A DNA stretch of 64,000 nt from Hemiscyllium ocellatum (lineage: Eukaryota): assembly GCF_020745735.1 (NCBI RefSeq), contig NC_083426.1:12772001-12836000 (forward strand). Reading direction: 5' to 3'. Position numbers and translations under genes: made by a program. Shown here piece after piece: positions 46,401-60,272 of the stretch. Numbering within the stretch: position 1 is the first letter of the stretch; each line of letters begins with the position of its first letter. A model generated the notes under the pieces. That model was not told the DNA's origin. It was given only the letters and a program-made list of their open reading frames with translations, and did no database searches.

Positions 46401-49400
46401 GCAATTGTACCAGCCTCCACCACTTCTTCTGGCAGCACATTTATTCCATGTACCACCCTCTGTGTGCAAAAGTTACCCCTTAGGTCTCTTTTATATCTTT
46501 CCCTCTCACCCTAAACCTATGCTCGCTAGTTCTGGACTCCCCCACCCCAGGGAAAAGTCTTTGTCTGTTTATCCTATCCATACCCCTGTTGGGGAGAATC
46601 TGCTATCGGGGTACCTACATTGGGGCTAGGGAGGGGAGCACCATTATTAAAGCAGACACTGTCAGATACCAGCTAAAACACAGCCATGTAAAGTAAACCC
46701 AGCCACTGCAGGACTGCCTGCCTGGGGCCACATTCCTGGGGGATTAGAACATGTCCGTCAGTTTCAGATCATCCTATTACACTCTCATTGTTAATAAAGG
46801 AAACCGGTAACTATCGGATAGTGTAAATCGCACCGATACCACACTTGATTGATAAAGTACTTGCTAATGCCTCCGCTGACGTCAAACTCATTCGGGTCCT
46901 GTGTTAAATGATAATATCTGTATATTCAACTATGGAGAACTATTGTGAACGCCCAGACAGCCAGACGCATAGCAATGAGGAAACCCTTCCAACAATAAAC
47001 TTTTAATTTACAAGATCGGAAACTGCCGAACCCAGGATGTCTACCCATTGTTCGGCACAGCAGGAGTGGGACAGGTATCTCGGGGCAGCCAATAGAGACA
47101 CTAATCCCTTCACAGATAGGTGAACCGACCAATGAAAGAGCCGAACAAGGGGAACCTGACCGGGAACTCGAGGAAGCGCGAAGTACAACTGCACCAGATC
47201 CGAAGGGAGAGACAGAACGCCTTCTCCAACGAATTGCATGCCTTTGAATTCGTTGTATAGTTTGCCAGTTTTGATCCTGTAATAAACGGTGTTTTTGCTC
47301 CAAACTCTAGCCGGTTTGATCTCTCCTTCCAACGAACACGTAGAGACGAGACCATTCGGTTTCCGTCTCAACACCCCTCATAATGTTGTAAACCTCTATA
47401 AGGTCACCCCTCAGTATATGACACTCCAGGGAAAATAATCCCAGCCTGTTCAGCCTCTCTCTATAGTTCAAATCCTCCAACCCTGACAAAATCCTTGTAA
47501 ATCTTTTCTGAACCCTTTCAAGGTTCACAACATCTTTCCGATAGAAAGACAACCAAAATTGCAGACAATATTCCAGCAGAAGCCTAACCAATACCATGTA
47601 CAGCTGCATCATCACCTCCCAACTCCTGTACTCAATACTCTGACCAAGAAAAGGAAACATATCAAATGCCTTCTTCACTATCCAATCTACCTGCAACTCC
47701 ACTTTCAAGGAACTATGAATCTGCACTCCAAGGTCTCTTTGTTCAGCAACACTCTCGAGGACCTCACCAGTCCTACGAAGATTTGCTTTCCAAAAATGCA
47801 GCATCTCGCATTTATATGAATTAAACTCCATATGCCACTTCTCAGCCCATTGGCCCAACTGATCAAGATCCTGTTGTAATCTGAGATAACCTTCTTCACT
47901 GTCCACTACACCTCCAATTTTGGTGTCATCTGCAGACTCACTAACTGTACCTCTTATGATTGTATCCAAATCATTTATGTAAATTACAAAAAGTCGAGGA
48001 CCCAGCACCGATCCGTGTGGCACTTCACTGATCACAGGACTCCAGTCTGAAAAACCACCCTCCACTACCACCCTCTGTCTTCTAACTTTGTGCCAGTTCT
48101 GTATCCAAATGGCTAGTTCTCCCTGTATTCCATGAGATCTAACCTTGCTAATCGATCTCCCATGGGGAAACTTGTCAAACACTTTACTGAAGTCCATGTA
48201 GATCACATCTACCATTCTGCCTTCATCAATCCTCTTTGTTACTTTTTTCAAAAACCTCAATCAAGTTTGTGAGACATGATTTCCCACGCACAAAGCCATG
48301 TTGATTATCCCTAATCAGTCCTTACCTTTCCAAATACTTGCATATCCTCTCCCTCAGGATTCCCTCCAACAACTTGCCCACCACTGACATCAGGCTGACT
48401 GGTTATAGATCCCTGGCTTGTCTTTACTAACCTCCTTAAATAGTGGCACCATGTGAGCCAACCTCCAGTCTCCTGGCACCTCACCTGTGACTATTGATGA
48501 TCCAAAAATCTCAGCAAGAGGCCCAGCAATCACTTCTCTAGCTTCTCAAAGAGTTCTAGGGTACACCTAATCAGGTCCTGGAGATTTATTCACGTTTATG
48601 CATTTCAAGACATCCTGCACTTCTTCCTCTGTAATATGGACATATTCCAAGGTGTCACCATTTACTTCGCTACTTTCTATATCTTCCATAACCTTTTCCA
48701 CAGTAAATACTGATGCAAAATACTCACTGAGTATCTCCCACATTTTCTGTGGCTCCACACAAAGGCCGCCTTGCTGATCTTTGAGGGCCCCTATTCTCTC
48801 CCGAGTTATCCTTTTGTCCTTAATGTATTGTAAAAATCTTTGGATTCTCCTTAACTCTATTTGCCAAAGGTATGTCATTTCCCTTTTTACCCGCCTGATT
48901 TCCCTCTTAAGTATACTCCTACTGCCTTTATACTCTTCTCAGGATTCACTCAATCTATCCTGTCTATACCTTACATATGCTTCCTTCTTTTTCTTAAGCG
49001 AACCCTCAATTTCTTTAGTCATCCAGCATTCCCTATACCTACCAGCCTTTCCTTTCACCCTAACAGGAATGTACTTTCTCTGGATTCTCGTTATCTCATT
49101 TCTGAAGACTCCCCATTTTCCAGCCGTCCCTTTACTTGCGAACATCTGCCCCTAATCAGCTTTCAAATGTACTTGCCTCATACTGTAAAATTAGACTCTC
49201 TCCAATTTAGTACTTCAACTTTTAGATCTAGTCTATCCTTTTCCATCACTCTTAAATCTCGTGGAATTATGGTCGCTGGCCACAAAGTGCTCCCCCACTG
49301 ACACCTCAGTCACCTGCCCTGCCTTATTTCCCAAGAGTAGTCAGGTTTTGCACATTCCCTGGTAGGTACATCCACATACTGAATCATAAAATTGTCTTGT

Positions 49401-52400
49401 ACGCACTTAACAAATTCCTCTCCATCTAAACCCTTAACACTATGGCAGTCCCAGTCTATGTTTGGAAAGTTAAAGTCCCCTACCATAACCACCCTCTTAT
49501 TCTTACAGAAAGCTGAGATCTCCTGACAAGTTTGTTTCTCAATTTCCCTCTGACTGTTCGGGGGTCAGTAATACAATCCAAATAAGGTTATCATCCCTTA
49601 CTTATTTCTCAGTTTCCCCCAGATAACTTCCCTGGATGTATTTCCAGGAATATCCTCCCTCAGCACAGCTGTAAGGCTATCCCTTATCAAAAACGCCACT
49701 CTCCCTCCTCTCTTGCCTCCCTTTCTATCCTTCCTGTAGCATTTGTATCCTGGAACATTAAGCTGCTAGTTCTGCCCATCCCTGAGCCATGTCCCTGTAT
49801 TTGCTGTGATATGCCAGTCCCATGTTCCCAACCATGCCCTGAGTTCATCTGCCTTCCCTGTTAGGCTCCTTGCATTGAAATAAATGCAGTTTAATTTAAC
49901 AGTCCTACCTTGTTCTCTGCTTTGTCCCTGTCTGTCCTGACTGTTTGAATCACTTCTGTTCTCAACTGTACCAGTCTCAGATTAATCTCCTTCCTCACTA
50001 TCTCCCTGGGTTCCTCCCCAACCCCCCCACACCACCCCCCCCCCCCCCCCCCCAACGTTACTAGTTTAAGCCCTCCTGCCCAGCTCAGGCAAATTTCCCT
50101 GCCAGTATATTAGTCTGCTTCCAATTCAGGAACAATCCGTCCCTCTTGTCCAGGTCATTTCTACCACAGAAGAGATTCCAATGATCCAAATGTGTGAATC
50201 CTTCACCCATACACCAGCTCCTCAGCCATGCATTCATCTGCTCTACCCTCCTATTCTTGCCCTCACTAGCTCGTAGCACTGGGAATAATCCAGATATTAC
50301 TACTCTCGAGGACCTCCATTTTAAATTCCTGCAAAACTCTCTGTAATCTCCCTTCTGAATCTTAACCATTTCCCTTCCTATGTTGTTTTTTTCCAACATG
50401 GACAATGACCTCATGCTGATCCCTCTCCCCTGTGAGAACATTCTGCACCCCCTCTGAGACATCCTTGATCCTGGCGCCAGGGAAGCAACACATCATTCTG
50501 CTTTCTCGCTGATGGCCACAGAAACGTCTGTCTGTACCTCAGACTAGAGAGTCCCCTAACACAACCGATCTCTTGGAACTCGACATACCCCTCATTGCAT
50601 CAGAGCCTATCTCAATACCAGAAACTTGGCTGTTCTTGCTACATTCACCTGAGAATCCATCATCCCCTGCATTTCCCAAAACAGCATACCTGTTTGAAAT
50701 GGGGATAGTCACAGAAAACCCTGCATTACCTGCCTACCTCTCTTACCTTTCCTGGACATAACCCATCTATGTGACTGTATCTGCAACTTTTCCCCCTTCC
50801 TATAACTGCCATCCATCACGCCACCTTGCTCTTGTAAATTCTTCATAGCCCTTAACTGTCTCTCCAACCGATACATTCGATATGAAAGGATTTGCAACCA
50901 AAAGCATTTATTGCAGATATAATTCTCAGTAACATGTAAACTCTCTCAGAACGATCACATTCAACAGGAAGGGCATATCACTCTTCACCAGGCCATTTTT
51001 GCTTCTTCCAATTTGCAGACCCAGAAAATAGGACTGTCTTATTCCTCTCCTGCTCCAGGCTAACTTAATGCTTATATTTTTAAGTTTAATCAAGAGACAT
51101 ATTTCAATAAAACATGTAATCAAGAAAGAAACCACTCTACTCACTACTGCAGACTTTCTGTCAGGCCACACTTAAAAATATTCACTTATCTGTTTCTGTG
51201 CTGTGACCTCTCCCAAACAGGTTCCTCCAAGATTAGTTGTCAATTTCATTGTCTGTTAATTTTCTCAGGCGCACTACGATGTCCAGTGATACATCAATTC
51301 AAACAACAAAGGCAGTAACTGAGCAGGTTCACTGCTGTGTCAGTTAGCAGTGTGGGTTTCCTTTTCTGTCTCCCTGTCCTGCACTGACCTAACCATGTGT
51401 TGCCTTTGTCTGTTCCTCCCCCTTTTAAAAGTGCTGCTAATTTGACATTTTTTGCCCAAAGTTCCAAAACAATGCAGCAGCACTTAAACAGTATTTGCTG
51501 CTCCTGGAATTCGAGGAGATCACCTTCAACACCTGAAATACCTCAAAAAAGGAGCAGCCTGTTACGGCCAGAAATTTTTCCCATCCTCCATCTTGGATTA
51601 CCCAGAATCCTCTTTTTGCTGCCTTCCAACTGTTTTCTTTCTTCAAATGAGTACTTCACAGAATGGGAAGTATTTTGGGATCTCCTCAGATTCTCGAAAG
51701 CACCAAGACCCTTCTGATTTATCAACGTCCTTTAGGCAATGATATCTGCCACCATTTCCAAGTCTGCTCCACATCAGACTCCAGTAATGTACTTTGTCCT
51801 TAACTGCCCACTTCAAATGGCTTAGAAAACCACTCAGTCAGGGGAATTGGAATGGACAACAAAAGCTGTCCATTAAAGTCTAAAAAATAAAGAGTTCATA
51901 GTTTATTTGTTGCAGAAATGATTCACCTAAAAAAAAACCCCAACCCATGTTGACTGTGCATTCCCTGGAGATGGGGAACCTCATCTGTCTGTCTCATGGA
52001 TTCTCACACTTCAGGAGATGGAAAACCACTGGCGGGTTGTGTCGGTGTGAGGATGAGGTTTCACATTATTCCTGCAGGCTCAGAAAACAGACCTCAAGAG
52101 GATGGAGGTGACCACTGTCTATGTCGGCAAGTGACAGCTCCATGTGAAACCCATGGTTTTAAACAAGTGGGATATCTGGGATGTAGTTACCAGCCCAAAC
52201 CCTTTAACAAACACCAATGTGACACACCAACTCTCAGATTCAGGGAAAAAAGTAATCGGGATTGTCATTGTGGGGAACTACAGGAGATGGGAGAGATACT
52301 GAACAAATATTTCGCAGGAGTTTCTACAATGGAAAATAACATAGAGGTGAGGGAGCTCCAGGAAATAAACATTGATGTCATAAGACACAGTCCATATTAT

Positions 52401-55400
52401 ACAAGAGGAAGTTTTGGAGGTTTTAAAAAACATAAAAGTTAATAACTCACTGGGACCTGATCAAGTGTATCCGAGGATGGTGTGGGAAGTTGGGGAAGGA
52501 ATTTGGGGCATCTCTAGCAGAGATATTTGCAACATCCACAGCCATGGGTGAGGTGCTGAAGGACTGGAGGGTGGTTAATGTTGTGCCTTTATATAAGAAA
52601 GACTGTAAGGAGAAGCTTGGGAACTCTCGAGCTGTGATTCCGATATCTGTGCTGGGTTGGTTGTTGCAGTGGATTCTGAGAGTTAGGATTTACATACATT
52701 TGGAGAGTCAAGAGCTGATTTGGGATAGAGTGAGTGAAATCGTGCTGTCCAAACCTGACTGAGATATTTAATGAAGTTACCAAAACAATTGATGACAACA
52801 CAGCAGTACACATTGTCTACACAGACATTAATGACAGGGTTCCGCAGGGTAGACTAATCAGGAAAGTTCGATCACATGGGGTTCAGGGTAAGCTTGCCAA
52901 TCAGATACAAATTTGGTTTGGGACAGGAGACAGAGGGTGGTCATGAAGGACGTTTTTTGGACTGATGGCATGTGACGAGTGGTGTTTCACAGGGATCAGT
53001 GTAATTTGTATAAGCAATTTGGAGAGGAATTTAGGATGCATGGTTAATGAGTTTGTGAATGACACCAAATTGGGTGGTATAGTCAACAGTGAAGAAGATT
53101 ATCTAAGATTACCAAGGCATTTTGATCAGCTGGGTCATTGGGCTGCTCGGTGGCAGATGGAGTTTAATTTGGATAAATGTGAGGTATTGCATTTTGGTAA
53201 AACAAACAAGGGGAGGATTTATACAATTAATGGTCAGGCCCTGGATTGTGCTGGCGAACAGAGGGACCTTGGGGCTCAGGTGAAGCAGGTATTTAGCACG
53301 TTTGTCTGCATTGCTCAGACCATTGAGTATCGGAGTTGGAACATCTTATTGTGGTTGTATAGGATGTTGCTGAGGCCACTCTTGGAGCACTGTGTACAAT
53401 TCTGATCACTGCAACAGGAAGGTTATTATTCAACTGGAGAGGTTTCGATCTTCTCCTGAACATATTATAGGCCCATGTGACAGAGTTCCCAAATACTGAA
53501 GAGCAAAATATTATTAATTATGAATGAAATGCAAAAGACCAAATAATGTTTCTTTTAAGTGAACATACCAGTATAATAATTTTAATTTTTCCAAAGTTTT
53601 TAATGTTGAACACACTCTGGAAACAGGGGTGGTAATAACTCCTCAAACAAAACATTTTGCGTTTGCTTTTATTTCTTTTCTGTTTTGGAGTGCTGTTCAT
53701 TAAATATTGTTTTGTGAGATTCAGTCACAAAAGTAGGTGGTTGGGTTATATTTCTCTTCTCACTAAAAGCCTTTTCCATTCAGTCTTTAACTTGAATGAA
53801 GTTGTTTACTCTCTTTCAATCTCATTGAATTACACATTACAGTGTAATACTACGATAACATTTTTGTTCATCATTGCCATCTCTCCACTTATAGTCAAGA
53901 AATTTTCAAACACTCAAAATTAAAATGCCCAATGTAACATTACTCTAGACTATGACTTAGTCAATTCTGTTGCAAGAAACCTTCCGAGAACATTTTGTGG
54001 CTGGAGCCCATGAATTTCATGCAGAATAATTCACGGGCAGAAACCTGAAGTGTGCATCTCTCTGTTTTCACAATTCTCCTTTTTCCAAAGCTTCCTATTT
54101 CCAATAAGATCACTGCTTTCTGACCTTCATCACCTTTAATCATTCATGTATCTATCTCCCTCTCTTCTCTCCCCACCACCTCTTCACTTACACTTAATAT
54201 CCTTTCTGTCACTTTATTAAAGAATTGTACCCCACACAAAAGGCAATTCTCTCAACAAAATTGTTGGTCTGGTATTTATTGAACTAAAGTCTAGCCAGAC
54301 TTCGACAGGCTCCTCCTCTTTCACACCAGAACCTAATGGCACAGCAATTTATACATTTTCTCATGAAGCATCTCTCTGGAAAGGTCAGTAACTTACTTTG
54401 AGGAGAAAGTGAGGACTGGGGATGCTGGAGATCAGAGTCGAGAGTGTGGTGCTGGAAAAACACAGCAGGTCAGTCAGCATCCGGAGAGCAGGTGGTGATT
54501 TTACCCTCCTTACATTCTCAGCAATATGTGATTACAAATAATCCTGCCCTTATTGCCATCAAGGTCCTGCACATTGATCTCTCTCCCACATTGTGAAACA
54601 TCCCTGGCAGAAGCTGAAGTCTCTTTCTTTCCTACACAAGGGCTCACATCATCTTCCTGGGTCACCTGCTGTGTCTGCTCCTTGAGCCCTGAAAATGCAA
54701 CCCCTGAGCCCACCATGAGTTGACACACACACCTCTCCTCAGTGGATGAAACCCTCCTTCTCAGGTCGGAGTAAGGACCCTTCAGCACCTGTGCCCTCCT
54801 TCACACTGATCCCCAGCCGACTCCAATCCAGGCCTGTCACTCAGGCTGCTCTCCGCGGTGGGGGGGAATTTGGCTCCGCGAGCCCAATTTCAAGTTTGTC
54901 CCAAAGCTCGACTAGGGAGGTAAGAAAATATCCCGACTGTTTCAATCATTCCCTGGGAATTTGGAACAGCCTGAGACTGTGATAATGGTTTATATGAATG
55001 ATTACCTTCATCATGTACTGGATGGAGTGCAGCTGATTAACATGTATCTGTGTTTATTAAGTCATTTTTTCCAGTTAAATTTCTGAAATATTATCTCTTC
55101 AGTTTCAGATGTTTTAATGGCAGCGAAACACGTCACTGGAATTTTGGGAAGAGCGATCACAATATCTTGTTACTATGAAAATTGGTGGTACCAATCAAAC
55201 ATGAAATATTGGTGTCACGGAAGGAATCGTTCATGTAATATTATAGCAAAAACAGATTGGCCAAATGGGAGAATATCAATCACTGATAACAAAACACAAG
55301 GAATATTTCTTGTTGCAATGAAGAATCTTCAATGGGAAGATGCCGGATGGTACAGCTGTGGGATTCAGATTCCTGGTATTTACTCTGACCTCATGTTTAA

Positions 55401-58400
55401 TGTAAATCTGCACATCTCTGAAGGTAAATGTCTCAGTGATTTTTACATTACTCTTTGCTGATATGTCTGATCAATATTTTAACCAGGAAGAAAATTGTTC
55501 AGGTTTTGGAGGATATTTGATTTTTGATATCACAATAATTGTTTCTTTCCCACAGAAGCCGTCTCTGTTCCTGGGCTTCGATTTTTATCCCAACCAAATG
55601 TCTCATGTTCTGGGGGTTCAGTGACAATCTCCTGTGAGTCTGCCCAGGGATCCCTCCCCATTCACTACACATGGTCTGAGAAGATGCCATCTCAAGATTC
55701 AAAGATCTCTTACACCAATAAACTGGATCTACATTGTCAATCCTTCGCACAGCAACATCATCAATATTACTGCACAGCCTCAAATACTCAGGGAACAAAA
55801 CCCAGTGAAATTGTTCATGTGTCAGTCAACGATGTAAGAGAGAAGAACTGCAGTTATAGGATACAGATCAACAGCATCGGTAAGTGTGATGCACACAATA
55901 TTTATTTATTATCTCTCTCTGGGAAACGTAATTGATAAAATGCACTCCATTTGTTTCATTGTCAGTTCTGAACAAAGACAATGGTTAGCACTGTACTTGG
56001 AAAATAAGCAGGTATATAAAATCCTGCCCACAGCGTGGAGAAACATTGCAACAACTCCATTGCTGCATTACAGCCATTTGCTTCCTTCAACCAAGTACAT
56101 CACATGGTGGAGATACTAAACAAATATTTTGAATATTTTACTGTGGAGAAAGACATGGAGATTAGGGAACTCAGGGAAATAAACATTGACGTCTTGAAAA
56201 TAGTCCACATTACAGAAGGGGAAGTGCTGATCGTCATAAAAAACTTAACGATGGATAAATCTCCAGGAACCGACCAAGTGTCTCCTAGAACAGTGCGTGT
56301 AATTTGGGAAGAAACTGTAGGGCCTCATAGCAGAGATATTTGTGTCACTCGCAGTCATGGTGAGGTACTGGAGGAATGGAAGGTGGCTAATATTATGCCT
56401 TAATTTAGGAAAGGCTGTATGGAGAAGCCTGAGAATTATAGGCCTGAATCTGACATCAGTGGTGGGTAAGTTGTTGAAGGGGATTTTGAGAGATCCGATT
56501 TTCAGGCATTTAGAGAGGCAAGAACTGATTCAGGATAGTATGTGGGAAATCGTGCGTTCTAAACTTGATTGAGTTTTTTGAGAATGTGGCCAAAAATATT
56601 GCGAGTGTAGAGCAGTAGATGTTATCTATATGGATTTTAGTAACAAAGGATCTACATGGTAGACTAATTCATAAAGTTCGATCTCATGGAATTCAGGCTG
56701 AGCTTGTCCATAGAATACAAAATCAGCTTAACGTCAGGAGACAGAGCGTGGTTGTGGAGGGTCATTTGTTTGGATTGGAAGCCTTTGACTAGTGGTGTTC
56801 CACAGGGATCGGTGTTAATTATATAAACAATATGAATGACAATTTAGATGGCATGTTTCGTAAGTTTATGAATGACACCAAAATTGGCGATATTGTTGAC
56901 AGTGACAAAAGTTATCTATGATTACAAAGGGATGTTGATCAATTGGGTCAATGTGCTGAGGATTGGCAGATGGAGTTTATTTTGAGGAATGTGGGGTAGC
57001 CTTTTGGTAAAACAAAACAGGACGGGAGTTACACAATTAAAAGTACGGCCTGGGGTCGTGTTGTCAAACAGAGTGACCCTGGGGATCTTTGATATTTGCA
57101 TCACAGGTAGAGAGGATGGTTAAGAAGGTATTTAACATGCTTACTCTCATTGCTCAGACCGTTGAGCGTAGGAGTTGGAATATTGCGTTGAGCTTGTACA
57201 GAATGATGCTGAGACCACTTTTGGTTTCATGTGTACAGTTCGAGTCACCGTGCTTCAGGAAGGTTATTATTAAATTGAAGAGGTTTCAGAAAAGATCTAC
57301 TAAGATGTTGCTGTGACTGGAAGGTTTGAGTGATAGGGATAAGCTGAGACTTTTTCCCTGGAGCGGAGGAGGTTGGGAGGTGACTTTATCGAGGTTTTTA
57401 AAATCATGAGGGGTAGGTGATAAGGTGTTTAGCAAAGGTTTCTTTCACGAGACTGGGAAAGTTCAAAGTGAGTGGTCATGTTTTCACAGTGAGAGGAGAC
57501 AGATCTGAAAGGAATCTAAGGGATAATATTTTCATGCAGAGGGTGCTTTATGTGTGGAATGAAATGCCAGAGAACATGGGAGATGAAGGGGCAGTTGCAA
57601 CATCAAAAAGACATTTGGATCAATACATAAATAAGAAAGATTTGGAGGGAAATGTGCCAGATGCAAGCAAGTGGGACTGGTTTATTTGAGAAACGTTTTC
57701 AGCACGGACGTATTAAACTGATGGGTCTATTTCTGTGCCATATGTGTCTTTGACACTGAATGGGATAGTGAAGGGCAAGGTGTTGGGGGTTGTTGGTTTT
57801 TCAATTATAGTCAGTTTTGTCACAAATGTTTATTTCCCAACGAAGCCATCTCTGTTTCTGGACTTCGATTTTAATCCCAACCAAATGTCTCATTTCTGGG
57901 GGTTCAGTGACAGTCTCCTGTGAGTCTGCCCAGGGATCCCTCCCCATTCATTACACATGGTCTGAGAAGACCTCATCTCAAGATTCAAAGATCTCTGACA
58001 CCAATAAACTGGATCTACATTGTCAATCCTTCACACAGCAACATCATCAATATTACTGCACAGCCTCAAATACTCAGGGAACAAAACCCAGTGAAATGGT
58101 TCATGTCTCAGTTCCCAGTGTAGCAGGGAGGGGCTGCAGTTCCATGATATAAATCAGCAGCATCGGTAAGTTTCCTACAAACACTGAGGCTGACACATTC
58201 ATTCAATGTCTATTCAAACTGCTCATTGGTTAAGTTTCTTTCATACTTACAAATAAGTGCACCTCATCACATTATGTCTCTATGATATTTGAACAATTTT
58301 GAACAAGGTGTTAACTTATTCATGAGAATGGACAAGATTGTAATAAAGCTTCAGAGAATGCATGCGTGCTTCACTCCAGCTTTGTGTTACATCTCACAGC

Positions 58401-60272
58401 TTGTGTATGTTATACCTTGAAGAGATAAAGTCATCATTATATCACAGCATGTGACCTGAGGGGATAATGGTGTCAGACTCCATCTTAGTTAGGGTCACAT
58501 GAGGCATGACATGCTGATGGACGGGTGTCACTGTTTGTAATTGAATACCTCAGTTTCAACCCAGATCCTGAAGTGTCTCTGGCTGTGAGATATGTTTCGT
58601 CAGATGCTGGTGTAAATATCTGTTGATTTGTCAGTCCTACAAAATCCACGCCTTGTTCTCATGTAACAGGAGCTAACGTAAAGATGACATCATTGGGTCT
58701 AAATACAATAGTGGAGGCAAAGGTCCCAGTGGAAGCTCACCCAGCAATCACAGGATATTACTGGGCAGAGCAGGGGCTGCTGGATCCCCCAGGAATACAT
58801 TGTCCAGTGGGAGCAGTGACCAGCTCAGTGGCTGGAACTTTCTTTTATGTTTGACAAGGATGAGAAAGGGGAATATAGTCTCACCAACTTCAGGCTTTCA
58901 AATGCTTTAATAAAAATACAGGAGCATTAATGTCCGGGTGAGGAACAAAATACAAGTTTTAGGCAAACTCGGTCACTACCACATCTCTCCAGACAGGGGG
59001 GGTTAGAGACAAATGAATTCAACAAAAATCCATGATTCACAACAAGTCCTGAGGTTCCATTGGTGAGGAGAGCTCTCTTGGTTGTCTGTCACTGAGACTC
59101 AGATGAAGCTGAATATTACCTTATGTCTCAATAGGAAGTGAATATACTTGTGACAAATCCACAACAATATCATCATCAACATCAACGACAATATCATCAA
59201 CAACATCAACTACATTATTATCCACAACTTCATCAACAACATCACCAACAATATCATCAACAACAACAGGAATATCTTCAGGACCCAAGTCTGTCAGTAA
59301 AAGGTAGAACAATTTCATTGTCAATGTTTCCATCAGCATTGATTCCAGTGAGAATAAGTGACTGAGCATAGGCTTGCAATAGGTTTCAATTTTCGGTGAT
59401 AACTTATCAGAATGTCAATGGTCACTGATTTCATGCAATGTCATTATGTTTGTTTCCTTATTGGTGAGCTGAAGGCGACATTTTCTGACTGTTTGAACTT
59501 TAGTTTTAATTAGCAAAGGGTTTAACTTTCCAGGTCATAACATTTACAATGTTGTTATTTACGTTATTGGACATTCATAACAGGAAATGCCAATTTTCTG
59601 TTTGCCCCATCCCAGTTTAAATGCTTCATTATTCATCTAAGATATTCTTGTTGCTGTTGGTATTGTATATGTCAAAGAAGTGACATATTTTGTTGAGTCA
59701 GGAGTATCACTGCCAGGGATATTACATTCTCTCACATCTTCTCCTCCATTCTCTCATGTTAAACATTATTCCCAAACTGAGAGGGTGGGAGGCTATCTGG
59801 TTCCAGCTGGTAAAGCCTTGCCTATTAGAAGGTGCAGGAGCAGTGTGGGATGATGCTATTCTGAGTTCCTCACTGACTGAAGAGACTTCTCACCCACTGG
59901 AATATTACACCAGACTGCAGTGCTCCTGTAAATATCCATCCACATCTAATAATCCTCATTGACAACAAGATGCTGAGCATGACAGGACGTGGAACTGAAA
60001 CTTGTTACATTTGGCCTCTATATATTGTTGAAGTCAATCAAAAATTAAACTGTAAATTAATTTCAGCTGTGCTGCTTTATTTTGCTACAATATACTGCAG
60101 TGTGAACAGGGGATAAATGTTTCAAACATCAAGCAGTCTTATTTCCTTCACGTTATTTTGTATTTCTTCTGTTTTACACAGTTACGTTGTCTGGGATGTG
60201 ATACGCTGGGTACTCTTCACTCTCCTGGTGATTTCTTCTGTTTCAGTCACAATGTTTACACAAAAACATTAG
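40437..60272 (+). CDS. Spliced gene, copy B: MDIR/CD300/pIgR-like activating Ig receptor, ~524 aa
   Basis: Exons 40437-40473, 44778-45092, 45229-45546, 55103-55423, 55556-55879, 59135-59303, 60182-60272 total 1575 nt, open, canonical splice sites; joining predicted only. Confidence 0.78.
41338..41576 (+). mobile_element. Short Penelope-like insertion, copy B only
   Basis: 13-bp TSD ctcatcattgcaa at 41325-41337 and 41577-41589; empty site at ~7190-7205. Confidence 0.88.
41481..41516 (+). ncRNA. Minimal hammerhead ribozyme
   Basis: AUUC-CUGAUGA-A-GGGC(UUAU)GCUC-GAAA-CG-UC-GAAU; stem II has one G-U pair. Confidence 0.75.
42598..44635 (-). mobile_element. CR1 in intron 1 of copy B, internally deleted by ~4.5 kb
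   Basis: Same insertion site as 8211-14811; junction at ~44060 joins A ~9687 to A ~14225. Confidence 0.88.
44778..45092 (+). CDS. V1 exon B
   Basis: Open 315-nt exon; upstream acceptor mutated (ctccg), downstream tttcag intact. Confidence 0.9.
45229..45546 (+). CDS. C2a exon B (in-frame 6-nt deletion)
   Basis: 318 nt; SVTCES versus SVTVSCES. Confidence 0.88.
46229..51600 (-). mobile_element. Near full-length CR1 (paralog of 16367-20950) carrying a solo LTR
   Basis: RT ORF 47307..48260 and ORF1 esterase 50085..50462. Confidence 0.9.
46587..47373 (+). mobile_element. 787-bp solo LTR (ERV or Gypsy type), copy B only
   Basis: TGTTG...CAACA termini, 4-bp TSD cccc, CCAAT boxes (~47088, ~47129), AATAAA at 47281; empty site at ~16718; strand inferred from motifs. 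Confidence 0.85.
52257..53445 (+). mobile_element. Decayed CR1 (paralog of 21605-22790)
   Basis: ORF 52965..53405. Confidence 0.85.
55103..55423 (+). CDS. V2 exon B
   Basis: Translation identical to V2 A. Confidence 0.92.
55556..55879 (+). CDS. C2b exon B
   Basis: Translation identical to C2b A. Confidence 0.9.
56103..57733 (+). mobile_element. Decayed CR1 (duplicate of 25445-27075)
   Basis: Identical ORF fragments at +30658. Confidence 0.85.
57843..58165 (+). pseudogene. Pseudo-exon C2c (copy B)
   Basis: Same lesions as 27185-27507. Confidence 0.85.
59135..59303 (+). CDS. Stalk exon B
   Basis: Duplicate of 28477-28645. Confidence 0.85.
60182..60272 (+). CDS. Transmembrane exon B
   Basis: Duplicate of 29524-29614. 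Confidence 0.88.

Noticed and set aside
46926-47374. ORFs within the solo LTR
   Set aside because: No gag, pol or env features; they lie inside a TG..CA-bounded LTR
50028-50053. Long poly-C run
   Set aside because: Expanded C-rich tract of the CR1 inter-ORF region (cf. 13291-13311, 19355-19400); its length is also error-prone
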